Shown here: positions 1-24,060 of the stretch, in pieces
How the letters are laid out: every line of letters starts with the position of its first letter
How positions within the stretch are numbered: the stretch's first letter is position 1
Assembly (NCBI GenBank): GCA_030141605.1
Contig: JAQGDQ010000179.1
Span: 372,001-436,000, forward strand
Direction of reading: 5' to 3'
Length of the DNA stretch: 64,000 nt
Source of the DNA: Tubiluchus corallicola
Lineage: Eukaryota; Animalia; Priapulida
The notes under the pieces: model-generated
Database searches by the model: none
The model's input: the letters and a program-made list of their open reading frames with translations, nothing else
Told to the model about the DNA's origin: nothing
Translations under genes and position numbers: made by a program

Positions 1-1570
1 ATGCTACTAATGTTGATGCGTAAACATGAGCCAGAACAAACTAACTACATTACTGAAATTGACAAGGAAACAGGAACCAAACGCGAATTGACTACACTAC
101 TGAAGCTGACATAGAAACATCAGCCATGGACGAATTCACCATCCATCTTAACGTTGACAGAAACATGAGACAGAGACAAACTAACAAGACTGCTGAAGTT
201 GAGGCACATTAATGAGCCAGAAACGAACTAATAATAGTTGAAGTCACAGAAATTTACATAAAAACAAGCCAGAGATAAACTGATCGTATTACTAAAGTTG
301 GTATGGAAACATGAGGCAAAGCGGCTAACAATATTACTGATAGAGAAAAACTCACAATACATGTACTACTAATACTGATGGAGAGCCAGACTAACAATAA
401 TATGGAAAGTTGATGCAAAAAGGTACCCATACTATTGATGTTGATGCAGAAACGTGTATCAGAGACTAACTAACAATGCACCTAAAATTGATGCAGGAAT
501 ATGAGACAGAAACAAACTGACCAAACTACTAATTTTGATACAGAAATATTAAAAGACGCAGTAACAGTATTACTGAAGTCGACACAGAAACGTGAGCCAA
601 AGATGAGATTAGCGTTCTACTAAAGTTGGTGCAGAAAAGAGATTCAGAGACAAACTGACCATAGTACTGAAGTTGATGCAGATACACGAGCCAGAGTATA
701 CTACTTGGCTTCAATACAACATGTCATTGCGTAAATTGTTAAACTTGCCATTTGATTATAATGCAAGACATTTGCCGGTGTAAAATAATGCAATACTTTT
801 TTGCATCAACTTCTGTAGTTTTGTTAGTTTGTTCTTGCATCAACTTTCGTAGTTAATCAGTTTTTGTCTACCTCATGTTTCTACATCAACTTCGGTAAAA
901 TGTTAACCTCTTTGCGTCATGTTTCTGTGTCAACGACAGTAATAGGGTCAGTTTGTCTCTGTTTCATGTTGCTTGTCAACTTCCGTAGTATTATTAATTT
1001 ATCTCTATTTTACGTTTCTGTATCAACTTTAGTGGTACGTCTCTGGCTCATGTTTTTGTGTTAACTTCTACGGGATTATCAGTTCGTCCCTGATTCTGAT
1101 GTTCTTTTAATAAAACGTATGTACAATCTGCGATGTAATTTAAACAGGGCAGTAATTGCAATTTTGAATAGTGACACCATTGTTGTCATCGCCATGCACT
1201 ATGACGTGACATCCGACTTTCACTCAAACTTTAGACTTTTTAGGCTTTTTTCTTATTTTCTATTTTGTATTTTTACTTTTTTTAATTAATACGATTTTAA
1301 CTAACATTGTTAATAATGCACTATAAATTGGTACACCTGTCTTAGGTTTGTGTTCGAATTTTAACTGTCTGTAATTTGTATATTTTGTATTTTCTCTGTA
1401 TTGTTTTTATTTTGTATTTTATGGACTCGAAGGTTGAAATAATAAAGTATATAAATAAATAAAACTATTGTAGTTGATGCATCAACGTGCAGCAGGACTA
1501 GCTGGCTCAATACTGTTGAAATTGATGCAGAGACTCAAGCCAGAAACAGTAACAATACTACCGTAGTTGG
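1..1570. repeat. Degenerate ~60-bp satellite (core actgaagttgatgcagaaacatgagccagagacaaactaac): direct array ~1-710, inverted array ~790-1090, short direct block ~1465-1570
   Basis: Recurrent gttgatgcagaaacatgagccaga motif; its reverse complement (tctggctcatgttt..., gcatcaactt) recurs at 790-1090. Explains ORFs 529-714 and 864-1064. Confidence 0.8.
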
Positions 1571-1849
1571 TCTGCTTACCATACTATCTCTAGCCATTTC
1601 TCTCATTACGATCTACCAGGAATGTGGATGAGATCTACTGGTTGACTATCTCTTTTACGGATTCCGATCATGCCACCCCTATTCGACATTAATAGTTATC
1701 CTGCCTAGTTTCTGACTTGCAGCTTGTTGGTCAGTTGGTATTTAACTAACCTTTATAATTGCTGTCATGCAACCCAAGGGTATAGAAGATCAGTATTCAG
1801 AATTTTACAATAACGTTATAGCAATTAATGCATTTTGCAATTAGCCTAC

Positions 1850-4800
1850 TTTCACTGGCTTTCCAGTGGGCGAGATTTCGTCAAATTCCTCTCCCAGCTT
1901 GAATTTCACTTCCTTCAGACCGATAGGTGTCTCCACAGTAACGCTGTAGTTGTCGCCATCATGTGATATACTCCAAACAGTTTTGCCTGAAGCGAACTTC
2001 TGCAAGGCTTCTTCCGCCGTACCTATAAGAATTTGAAATTATGGTTTCAATATATATAGTAGAATCAGTCTTCGTAATCTATCCTTATAATTTTAGGCAT
2101 TGCACAGGTCAAATGTTTGTGATATCACACAGTTTTGACCAAGGTTTAATTTAATTAGTTGCTGCTGCAGCTGCAGCTGTTGTTGTTGCTGTTGTGGTCG
2201 TCGTCGCTGTTGTTGTTTTTGTAGTCGTCGTCGTCGTCGCTGTGGTTGTTGTTGTTGCTGTTGTTGTTATTGTTGTAATTCGCTTAAAAAGTTAACGTCA
2301 TCGCTCAACAGATTTTATTATTATGATTGTCATCTGCATCATCATCACCATCATCGTCGTCGTCGTCGCCGTCATCATCAACATCATTTTCAATAACTTC
2401 TTCATCGTCATCGTCTTTGTCGTCATCATCAAGTGCGTTATCTTCGTGGCTACCCAGCGTCTTGCTGATAATCAAGCCATCGGAATTGTCAAAAAATCAC
2501 AACTCAACGCTGAGGAACTGCGTAAAATTATTTCAAATTCACCGTGACCATTTTTTGAAGAAATCATCACGGCTGTCGTCGTTGCTATCATTGTGATGGT
2601 ATCATCACTCTCATCCTCATCATTGTAATCATTCGCGAATATTTCATCAAACCCAATTTTATTTGTAACTAAATTTAGATGTCTAACTAAATTTAACTAA
2701 ATTTAAACAGTGTTTCGAGCGACGCGAATAATTAAACAACTCATTTAGTGCGCGACGTGCGCTATGAAGTTACACAGTAACCAGCTTAGCTAACAAATGG
2801 ATATGTCATCGACAGTAGTGAACATTTTTGATGAAATGATAATAATAGCCGTTTATTTATTTATATTTATTTATCATACTGTTTTCTGTTTATTTTTCTC
2901 TTTGAAAGTGGCTGTACGTGGCTGAATGTCAATTCGAGTGTGAATAGGATGGTAATTATTTCAAATTGAACTAGACTGCGGTCCCGCTACCACTATTCAA
3001 CAGTAGTAGTTGTTGAATGTTGCATGCTGATCTGCGGTGTACAGAACTGTATATGTAAAAAACAAAACCTTTGATAATTTGTTGTAATTAAGTGAATGAA
3101 CAAAAGATCAACACAGCAACCTTGTGTAAATACGGACAGCGATTTCCCGTCTACTCGATTTTGTAATGCAATATTAATGTAAGATCATTTTAAAATCTTT
3201 ATAAGCGCCGAAAACTAAATGTACAGCACAGCTGCCAATGCATGAGTTTCACATTTTCCGAAGAAGTTTACAATTCCTCACATAATTTAAATATCCTAGC
3301 CCTAACTCTAAACCTAACCCAAACTTTAGCCTCACGCAAACCCACCCCTAACTCAACCCTAACCCGAATCCGCATACGAACTAATTTCTTGTGTGTGGGG
3401 AATTGTAAACTTTAGCCATATTTTAGCTTTCGTCGCTTTCGCCTTCTTCTGCAGGTTAAATATTTCGACTTGCTTGCTGACGCTAATATGTTTGCGCTTG
3501 CCATTTTGAGTGCGGCTAGGTGCTATTAATATTGACAGGCGTTATTGATCAAAGCACATTATGAAATTAGGACTATTGTATTTGTGGTTGCTGTGCCCAT
3601 TTTACCTGGATGGTCTGCTATGCATCGGTGCATTACAAAAGGAATGATTATTTTGTCCATACAGGTGTATAAAATTTCGCTTTTACCTTGCATACCTGTT
3701 AAGTTTTCCGCACTGTGCATCTGCTGTATTTCCGCAATTCCTTCTCACAAAGGGCTTGAGGAAACTTGACTTAGGGAGGTTTTGGTCTTGCCGCAACCAT
3801 TAGACAGGCCCGGACGGAAAGGCCTCAGAGGAAAAAGTCTAAAATTCGTAGGCCTAATATGTTACTGTATAAGCGTAAGCTTTTTCTGAGCAGTTTTCTT
3901 GTGTTCTGATGATCCCATTCAAGAATATTAAGGGTGGCCTTTGACACCCTTCATCGTTTTGAAATATTGGACTAAAATGTTACATTGAAAGTAGCGGGTG
4001 GTGTGACACCCTAAAACTATTATGATAACGCAAATAAAACTGCCCCTCATATAGAATTAACATTAATACCCAGACTCTGACGCGGAGAATTCTAAAATTG
4101 GGCTACAGCACACCAGCATAAAACATTCACTGCGTACGATAATTGTTAGTTTTGCGATAATATAATTATATTTTACTGTATTAAGTTGAAGCGTGCCACT
4201 TCATAAAGTTATAGCTGACTGAACGCTCAGAATTTATCCCGAAAATGCAAAGTTCACCCCCCACCGGCTGCTAGACTAAGGTGAGTGATAGACATTCTTT
4301 TCGAACAAATGTTTATACAGCAAATTGTTCCACTTAATAACTCAAAAACTATAAGAAATCTGAAAACAAATTTGTGCATCACATAGTAATGAACATAATA
4401 ATAATAAAAAATATATATAATAATAATAATAATAGTAGTAGTAGTTATTTATTTATTGGCTTCAGAAGAATGATTTTAACGCAGTTAATAGTGACTTTGA
4501 GCTTGGTTCTTGGTCTAGTTATTTAAAAAAAACATGGAAGATTAATTTATTAATCTATCCCTTCTCAAAGTTTAGGCAACGGACTACTGAAGAGGAAACC
4601 CATGTTGCACTGCGTACAGAGATTTCTATTGCATTAATTATCGCCAATGTATATGTTTGTCATTATTTCATTTATTAATGCTTTTTTAAAATTTCTGCGT
4701 ACAGTTTGGCGTGTCAAGCTGTGTTTTTAGGTTCAAACTGTATGCATCAAAATTATTGTGTATACGCTACCTACTAAAGACTCTTTACCTATATTATCTG

Positions 4801-5074
4801 GACTACATTATATTTGTATTAGTATTTCCTTTACTGGATTATTATCTGTATTTAGTGATATTATTGTAAGATGCAGTCAGGAAATGAATAAAATTCTTGA
4901 ACACAGATATCCATTGTTTTCGCTGTTTTAAATAACCAATAAATACAGCGACCAGTAAATTGTTAATAGAAATAAATAAAAAAAAAATAAAAACGTTTTC
5001 TTACCGACCGCACGAAAAAAGGCTTCAATATTCTCGCTACTCACAGACTCCCACTTTCCGGAAAAATCTGCCAT
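1850..5074 (-). CDS. FABP: Fatty acid-binding protein (iLBP family), partial: coding exon 1 5074-5005, exon 2 2022-1850; remaining exons presumably beyond the window start
   Basis: Spliced translation MADFSGKWESVSSENIEAFFRAVG-TAEEALQKFASGKTVWSISHDGDNYSVTVETPIGLKEVKFKLGEEFDEISPTGKPVK has the GxW motif and FKLGEEFDE signature. GT-AG, phase-1 first intron and 173-bp exon 2 match the canonical FABP gene structure. Confidence 0.92.
2160..2630. repeat. Compound trinucleotide microsatellites (GTT/GTC/GCT)n and (CAT/CGT)n
   Basis: Visible directly; source of low-complexity ORFs 2323-2547 and 2327-2596. Confidence 0.9.
3264..3412. mobile_element. Small MITE-like element with telomere-like (CCCTAA) interior
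   Basis: Terminal inverted repeats aagtttacaattcctcaca / tgtggggaattgtaaactt enclose degenerate cctaac/ccctaa repeats. Confidence 0.6.
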
Positions 5075-5142
5075 AACGGTAGCTGTGAGATACCTCCTAT
5101 ACTCCCACCTGACTGTGTGTTTAGTGGGTTGTGCAGGCACAC

Positions 5143-5160
5143 TATATATGCGCATTTATA
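5143..5160 (-). promoter_or_regulatory. Putative TATA box(es) of FABP
   Basis: TATAAAT (5160-5154) and TATATA (~5148-5143) on the minus strand, 70-85 bp upstream of the ATG. Confidence 0.5.
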
Positions 5161-5409
5161 GGTCTGCATGCATGCATGGAGATGTGAATAGAGGTTTGAT
5201 GATGTGGTTGTTATAGCAATAATTGAAATCGATTATTAGTGTTTATACAAGTCACAGTTTAGCAACTCATTTAAAAACTGTTATTAGCCGGGCCGGTATT
5301 TCAGAGTGAATTAAACCACAGACGTAGGATGATGCAGGGTCACTCAGCTGGATGAAATACTTGGTCCCTCAGCTTAATGACATCAATGTGTTGATCCTCC
5401 TGTAACAAT

Positions 5410-5490
5410 CAGGCCGACGAAAGAGGGGGCAGGAGGGCAGTGCCCCGGGTGTCTAGGGGGCCCGAGAAGATAAGGGCATAATAAGGGTTT

Positions 5491-5578
<88 letters not shown>

Positions 5579-7893
5579 ATCTTTATTTGCCATTAAAAAC
5601 ATTGATAATCACTGATAAAAACTTTACAGAGATAATCAATCAGTGTTAGTTAATAAAAACTTACACTGCTGAAGGCAAATGCGTCAGTGCAATCTAAACT
5701 ACTGTGCAGTAATGACGAATAAAATCAAACATATTTACAACCATATACAAAAAAAAGTGATTTAATTAATATGGCCGTGGGTATATGAATTCTGAATTAG
5801 TGTGTATGTTGTCGTACTGGTGTGATGGCATTTCATATCTGGTTAATATTAGTGATTTTAATTTTGTTTTAAATGCTGATAGGGACTTGATTTGTTTAAC
5901 CTGTAATGGTAGAGAATTCCAAAGTAAAATTGCTTGTTTGATTACAGAGTTCGTTCCATACTGGGTATTTGTCCTAATTTGTTTTAGATTGCTTGTTCTG
6001 GAATTAACGATAGGATTTGGAAAAAGGTAAATCTGTTATTCTGGAATGGTTTGCTGATGTTGTTAATGTATTTAAATATAAAAAGCAGAGTAAAATATTC
6101 TTTGTGTGCTTCAATGATTGGGAATTTTAAAGTTTTTCTCAGGTTAGTTGTTGAAGCTTTGAATTTTTGTCTACCTGCCTTATGTTTGTATGAGTACCCA
6201 GCTATCAATCTCAACGCATAGTTTTGAAGGAGATTTAATTTTAAGTAATTTTCTCTTTTGGTTTTTTGAAGTAGCGTACATCCATATAAGAAGTGTGGTA
6301 GAACTAAAGTTTTATATATTAGTGTTTTAGTTTCCTTTGTTAGTTGCCCTTTAACTTGTCGGAGATATGATGTGCTAGATGCCATTTTTGTGTATATGTT
6401 ATTAAAGTGTTCATCCCATGAAAGATTATTGTCTACCTGTATGCCCAGGAATTTAACATTGTTAGTTTGTTTGATTACAGCATTATCTATTGTCAAAGTG
6501 GTTGATGATGCATCATTAGTATTTAATGAGGGTGACATTATCATGAATTCTGTTTTGTCATTATTCATTTTTAGCTTGTAATGACTAAATGCCATATTTA
6601 TATTTTTTATATCTTCTTCTAAATAATTTTTTGCAGTTTGGACATTTTCATGGGCTATGTAGATTGTAGTGTCATCAGCGTATTGCGTTATTTGTGAGTG
6701 TTTTAATACACTGGATATGTTGTTTATATATAGGCAAAATAATAACGGACCTAGTAGTGTTCCTTGCGGTATACCTCTGTTTAACGTGGCCCAGTCAGAA
6801 AAGTTGGTTGTATCTAACTTTACTCGTTGTTGTCTGTCTTTGAGATAATTTTGTATCAGTTTTAACGATGTCGAATCTAATCCGATTTGTTTTAATTATC
6901 GTAAAGTAGTTCGTGATTAATGCTATCGAAAGCTTTACTTAAATCTAAAAATGCTGCTAAAATGTATTGCTTGTTGTCGAAACTATGTCTCCAATTTTCT
7001 GTTGTGTGTATTAGGGCGTCAATGGTTGAATGGTGTTTACGGAAGCCAAACTGATGTTTTGATAAAAGTCCATGTTTATTTACATATGAATTTATCTGAT
7101 CATAAATTACCCTTTCCCAAACTTTGCCGAAACAATGGATTACGGAAATTGGGCGATAATTCATGGGATCACATTTTGAATCTTTTTTATGGATTGGAGT
7201 CACGTTTGCTATTTTACTTACCGTTGGAAATTCGCCTCTCATAATTATCTGATTAGTAATGTAAGTCATATGCGGGGCTATTACAGATGCACTATCTTTT
7301 TGAATTTTTTGAAGGAATATCTGATGGTCCACTCCCTTTGTTGGAACTTAGGTTATTTAATATGTCGTTAATTTCTCCTACTGTGACGCTTTTGAATGAG
7401 AATACTGTGTTAGACGATTTGTTTTTTAATTTGTTAATTATATTATTGCTAATATGAGAAGCCATTCCCTTAAAATTTCCAAGATTCAGGAATATTGCAT
7501 TTAGCGCGTTGGCAATATCTTTGGGTTTTGTAATAACAGTGTTGTTGATCTTAATTTCGAGCTGCTAAAGTTTCTTCCTTCATAAAGTTGCCTACGTGGA
7601 TTAGCCATTTCTTCTTGTCTTTCCTCTATGTTTTCCCTCATTAGTAGTGGGTACCTTTTTTGGCAGTACAGCTCCGTTGCACAGAAGTTTAGTTAATTAA
7701 AAAATATATGCATATTCTGGTTTTTGCTTAGCTTATAGTGTAGTCATCACAGCATCAATATCTTAGATTCTTACAGTATGTCATTATTTCATTTCTGTGT
7801 TTAGTTCAGCTTTATGTAATATTTTTTGCCACTTAAAGTGGGGGCCCTTAATGCTTGCTGCTCCGGGGCCCACAATGGCTCTCGACGGCACTG
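5410..7893. mobile_element. hAT-like non-autonomous element interrupted by a LINE
   Basis: Imperfect TIRs caggccgacgaaag / ctctcgacggcactg, GC-rich ggggccc subtermini at both ends, and an 8-bp TSD gtaacaat (5402-5409) / gcaacaat (7894-7901). Confidence 0.65.
5491..7630 (-). mobile_element. 5'-truncated non-LTR retrotransposon (CR1/L2-like), frameshifted reverse transcriptase, (TA)n 3' tail
   Basis: ORF 7332-6892 carries NYRPIS, QFGFRKHHST and FLDLSKAFDSINH. RGIPQGTLLGPLLF (~6780-6735) and QYADD (~6685-6671) follow, the latter in frame with ORF 6595-5984 (KFLGIQVD, YKTLVLPHFLYG). AATAAA near 5585 precedes the (TA)n tract. Confidence 0.93.
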
Positions 7894-10800
7894 GCAACAA
7901 TCGCTTAAACATGCGTTTATTTTTTCTAAATTTTAAGACAACCCTAATTTTAATGTACATAAAAACATCTCAAAACACTAACTAATTATTATAACACCAG
8001 TTTATTTAGACTAACATCAGCCTATAGGTAGGAGACGTGTTTTGGGAAAGGTGGATGACACATTTAACAACGCATTATAAGAACACATCGTTTACATAAG
8101 ACGTGTATACTCAACTCACTCAACAATAAACCGCACACTGTTTATCTGTCAACGTTCTAGACGTCATAATTGCCTCTTATAACAAAATTTACGAACCCGA
8201 CAAGGCAATTCTTACATTTTGACATGCACCACTTAAAGTTTGCACATGCGTATATGAAACTCCAACTATCAGAACGTTTCATAGTGGAGGCGAGGTAAAG
8301 TGTTATCTCTACAGCTGCACAACATACAACAATTTACAAAATTAAAATGTCTCTACTGTTTCATACAATCTAACAAGCTAAACAGACGCCAGAAGCTTCC
8401 AGTCTTTTACTGATGACCAGTGGTCAGCGATTAGCATTGCCCAATACTTTTATAATACAATTCCACTTAGAACAATGCATTCAATTTGAAGGACATTTAA
8501 ATAAGGAAAACTGTTACAGTGTCACTGAAGTAGGCGAAATAATACTAAGTAGTCGTATAAAATATGTATTCATTTCGATTCAACTGTGTTTTCAATAAAA
8601 TTAAACAACGGAACATTAGCATGCATTAAATTAGAACTGGATTTGAATATAATACTTTTATAGCTAAAAAAGTTAACAATCCCTTTTTCAAATTTGCTGT
8701 AATTCGAACTAGCCAAATAGGAATGTAACTAATGGAATTCCAATACAAGCAACCTTTGGCTAAAATTTATGCATTTGTTCTTACAGCTTAAAACAAAGCA
8801 AAATGCTGTATCGTTAAGAATGATTCTTCTACGGGGTGAAAGTTCCTGTCTTCCATACTGAAAAAGTTTTGACAGTTTTTTTTCAAATAGTAATTATAGT
8901 TAACTTTTCCAAATAAAATTCTTATACAAACTGCAATCTCTCGCAAACGAAAACAATTAGACGTAACATATTTTGCACCCACCGCATATGTACAGTACAA
9001 CATTTTAAGTAACAATTGCTCACACAATAATTAATTTGCACTGATATGTACAAAACACAGAGAGTTATGTGATACAACATTATCTACAAATTGTCATCAT
9101 TATGCATTGTACTGTACTTCATGAACGACATCAATAAACTTTGCTATAATGTTATTATTACTTGTACTAGAATCTTGTTGGGCTTTGCTAAGTTTATTTA
9201 CTGTATGTAAAGACCTGGAGCTCTTGCAAGTTTTGTGTTACCTAGGAGCTATAATTTGTCACCCTGCATGGACAGTTCAAATTTAATCAGCTCTCACAAA
9301 TGATAACCATGAAGAAATTAACCCGAGATACCATCATGACTTAAAAAATACCAAGATATGTGTTGAGGGAGTGAGATGTGAAGAAGAAATAAGCTTCAAG
9401 AGCTCTCATGAAACTATTATCAAGCAACCAACTTGTGAGTGCTTTAAGAGGTTTTCTTAAGACATTTTTGTATTCCCCCATTCAAAGTCTTCACAGGGTA
9501 ATTAAACCAATGTTCCATTCAAAGTCTTTACAGGGTAAATAAATCAAAGTTCCATTAAAAAAACAGCAATAATCTATACGTGACAGACAAACAAAATCAC
9601 CAATGTAATTCACTGGGTAATGAAATGACTAAACCATAGCTGTAATGCTGGCAAACCAAAGTCAGCATCACAAAGCTGCATAAACTGTCTCACATACAAT
9701 AATACAACAAAATACACAAACAGTGAAAAATGATGATCACATGCACTATACACTTTTAGGAATTCCATACAAATAACACGAATGCTGGAGCTCCACACAC
9801 GTTTAAAAGCTGTCACAGTGACTTTTAAAATACCTATGTACAAAGATCTGAGTAAGGAAAAGAGCTCCATGATTAGAATACTGAAATACCTCAACTGACA
9901 TCACAATTTATTATGTACAGGAAAGTACAGAAAATAATTTCAGATTCATCAGCTCATACTACATTCAAAGGGCAACATGAATTTTTTCTTACATTTAAAC
10001 TGGAAACACAAAGTTGATGAAATGACTGGAACGACGAGTGTGCTTACGTAAATTCACTGAAAGTCCAAATGGTACGCGAGCAAACTGATGTGTAACTCTT
10101 CACCATTGATATGAACATACATGCACAGTAAATACACATATTTACAACATGCTTCAGCATGGCTACAAAATAAATGCACTTATTATTGTGTTCTGCTACC
10201 TCACAAATAGCCACTTTCTCTAAAAATAATTTTTCCTTTACTAAGACAAAAATATGTCCCTGATCAACGGGGGAAGGGGAATAAAATATAGGGGCACACA
10301 CCGACGAGCTCTGAAACTACTACTTATTGCACGGCAGCAAGCCAGGTTAAGCCAAACGCGACATAACCTGCACCTATCAGGCAGTTCATTTTTTTTACAT
10401 ATGAATTATTGAAACCAGTAAGCGGGTCTAATTTCAAACATTTTTTCTGCTAACATGGAAATTTAATTTTGGAGTAAAAATAACACTCATATCAATTGCA
10501 AATTTGAATTTGAAAGATGAACAACAAAACTATGAGATAAATAATTGCAAAAATGATACAAGACGTTTGGTAACTAAGCACAACAGGCCATAGAACGAGT
10601 ACAAGTTGCTTTAAAGCCTTACTGGTGACGTTTCAACCTTGACGTCACCAGTGAACAAGTAAAACCAGTTATCCCAAAACAGCAAAAATGATATTTGAGG
10701 GATTCAAAGTCAAAGACGAATAACAACTATAAACTGTTGTAAGGATGCCAAAAATCTATAAGGTCAATTGCCACATTTTAGTTATTGTAAAGGTCTGCTA

Positions 10801-11655
10801 AAGTATTTTCACAATTCTAAATGCAATAATGATAAGATAAATTTTTGTCATGGTCACACATCAACCTTTTGGCCACACCAAGTACTGATGTTCAAAAAGG
10901 GAAATCAATGTTGAAATTTCAATGTAGATGGCACCACTGTATAGTTCATTAATTGTACGAAACTAGTGGTTCAAATAAAACTGTAACATAATGAATTACG
11001 AAAGAATGACAGCGAATCCATGCTCAAATGAAAAAAGTAAGATGCAGTTAACTCTCTCAAATTCAACAATGGTAATGTACCAGATTAGGTTATTAACAAT
11101 GACTAATTATTGTCAAACTATCACAGTCTAGCGGAAACATACAACATTGTCAACTGATCACAAGGAAGCAAATTGTTTAGCATTTAACAACGGCACAAGG
11201 CAGCAGCAAGCTGCTTACTTTTAGTTCTTCACGGATTTTCAAATTTTAGCTCTTAGAAGGTACAAAAGTACAATCAAAACAAAACAGTTCATTATCCATA
11301 CGATTGAGTAAAATCTTTGATAAATGATGTGCTAACCAAATTCTTTTCATAACCTAAACATGTTAATAGTTTGGTGGCAACGTATTGTCATGCTAGTAGC
11401 CAAAATCAGTTTTATTTTGGTGCTTTCATATAGTTAACTTTACAGATTTCTGTAGCGAATAGTAAAGCGCATGCAAATTTTGTCAACTGAAGTGAAACGT
11501 GGCAAGTAGCTCCACTTATAATCTGTCAAACAGAGCCCAGATCTGTAATGTTAACCACAGTTATACTGGTACTAATAAGAAAACACAAAATTAATACAAT
11601 ATACATTTATACACATATCTGTACATTAAATATTCCTGTTATAAGAGACCTGTCA

Positions 11656-22114
<10,459 letters not shown>

Positions 22115-22679
22115 TGTCATTGTGTCCTCTTGGCACTTGACACCAACGAACCCAGAAGTGAAAGTGCACCACCGTTTTCACTCGCGAGGTAAGCGAGCTG
22201 ACGAATCACACCGAAAAAACTGTGCTCAGTGCACACCAACTTGCACACAAATATGGAATGTACCTACAGTTTTCCACTAATTAAGCTCTAGAAGAACTAC
22301 CAGCCCATTATAAAAGGCCAGGATTTATTAAATAAGTAACACACTGTATCAGCTACATTTAAGCATGTTGCAGTTAAGATCACCCCACAACTCGTCTATG
22401 GTTTTGACTCATGTTCAAGTAATATTTAACCTGCAAAATTAATAATCAAATATCACAACATTAAGTCGTTAAGTAACTAAGTATCAATTTTTACCAATTG
22501 TGCATTAGCCATTGTTACAGTAAAAACTCTAACAGCATCTAACCTAAACAATTACAGGGAGACCAATATCAAATACTAAACACCCCAAGCTGTCTCTTGA
22601 AATTTTTTAAAGATATATATCTTTGTAATGTAAGTACTTATAAGTTAGAGGCAATGTGTAAAATTTAAGACATTTTATT

Positions 22680-24060
22680 AAATTTCTAGTTATTTCATAT
22701 AACACCTAGATGCATTTTGGGAAAAGTGTGAAACAAATGTTTTCGCTTTGCCACTTTCACACTTTACCTAAGCATTTTGTATAACAGGAAGGATCTATAC
22801 AGAATGCATAAAATGACTTTAGCAAAGTGCAAGATGAACATAATTTGTGTTTAATCTTAACTTTTCCTAAACATTTTGCACATTACCCAGGCATTGCATA
22901 GAACTGTAGCAGGACAGTTCAAAAAAGAACTTGGTCGATGTATTAAATTAATCAAGTGTTCACGTAAGTCACCGAGTAAGTATTTGTTTTATTGACAATG
23001 CACGTAACATCACCATCTCGGACAAGTTACTTGACTAGATTGATCAAGTTGGCGAAGTATGTCCTTCAACAAAGATACTTCGAACAGATCGTATGGTCCT
23101 TGACAAACTTACAAAAAACAAGTCTTTAACGGTAAAGGTCTAAACCCCAAAAAAACTCGTGGTGTATAAAACCGACGTTGTCTTGACCTTTTACTGCTAC
23201 AAAACTTGGACTCTCACATCAGCGCTATCTCCAAAAGAGCAAACAGCTAGAGCATCGAATATACTATAATATAACACAATGAAGACAGTCACTGACTGGA
23301 CAGAGGGCTGGGAGATCAGGTTACTCATCAAATTTTAACTCATCGAAAACATAACTTAACTAGCAAAAGACCACGAGGATGCTCTCTTCTTTGTTAAAAA
23401 GACCAAATGAAATACAATCTGAAACAAGCAGAAATCAAATTCAAAACATACAAAAACCAAGCCCAATTCCAACAGGTACCAGTTCATCCACAACAGAACC
23501 CAGCATTTCGAAACAGGCCATCAACATCGCTACCACAGAAGAGAAATGATATGTACACAGACATTTCGACACAGACATTTGGGCACATGATGGTTCACTA
23601 CAAAACATTTGAACAAAGGTAGTCTTGGCCCATATAGGCAACTTGGACACTAACTGTTATGGACCTACATTATTCTAGGTTAGTATCTTCCTATAACACA
23701 GGACTGAGACACAAGAAAAGGCCAACATATGCATGAAAGTGTTTACCATACAAATTGCCAAGTAAGTTGAAACATGACTTATTTCACACAATCCCTTTAA
23801 TAGTAAAATTTATAAATAATCCCTAGGAAATTTACATGAAAACAAATGATCATTTATTTCATTTTTACGTTAACGAAAATTTATTCAACATTCCATAAAA
23901 TGCCTAGAAAAACTATATTCAAAATCTAAGATTTACATACTTTGCCAAAGCAAACTTTTGCATTATACACATAATTCCTAGGAAAAGTGTAAAAGAAATT
24001 ATTTTAGAAATGTTACCTGGTTTGTTTTGCACTTTATAAAATGCCTAGGCATTCTACAGA
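22680..24060. mobile_element. Degenerate foldback-like inverted repeats (~22680-22910 and ~23820-24060) flanking a decayed LINE-like fragment
   Basis: cctag..gcatttt..aaagtg units on the left are mirrored by cactttataaaatgcctagg on the right. The interior resembles RT C-terminal sequence but is heavily decayed. Confidence 0.4.

Noticed and set aside
2323-2596. Ser-rich and Ile/Val-rich ORFs
   Set aside because: Translations of trinucleotide microsatellites inside the FABP intron.
22121-22430. PTEN-Long-type N-terminal extension
   Set aside because: An in-frame TGA at 22180-22178 leaves only 19 open codons upstream of the ATG.
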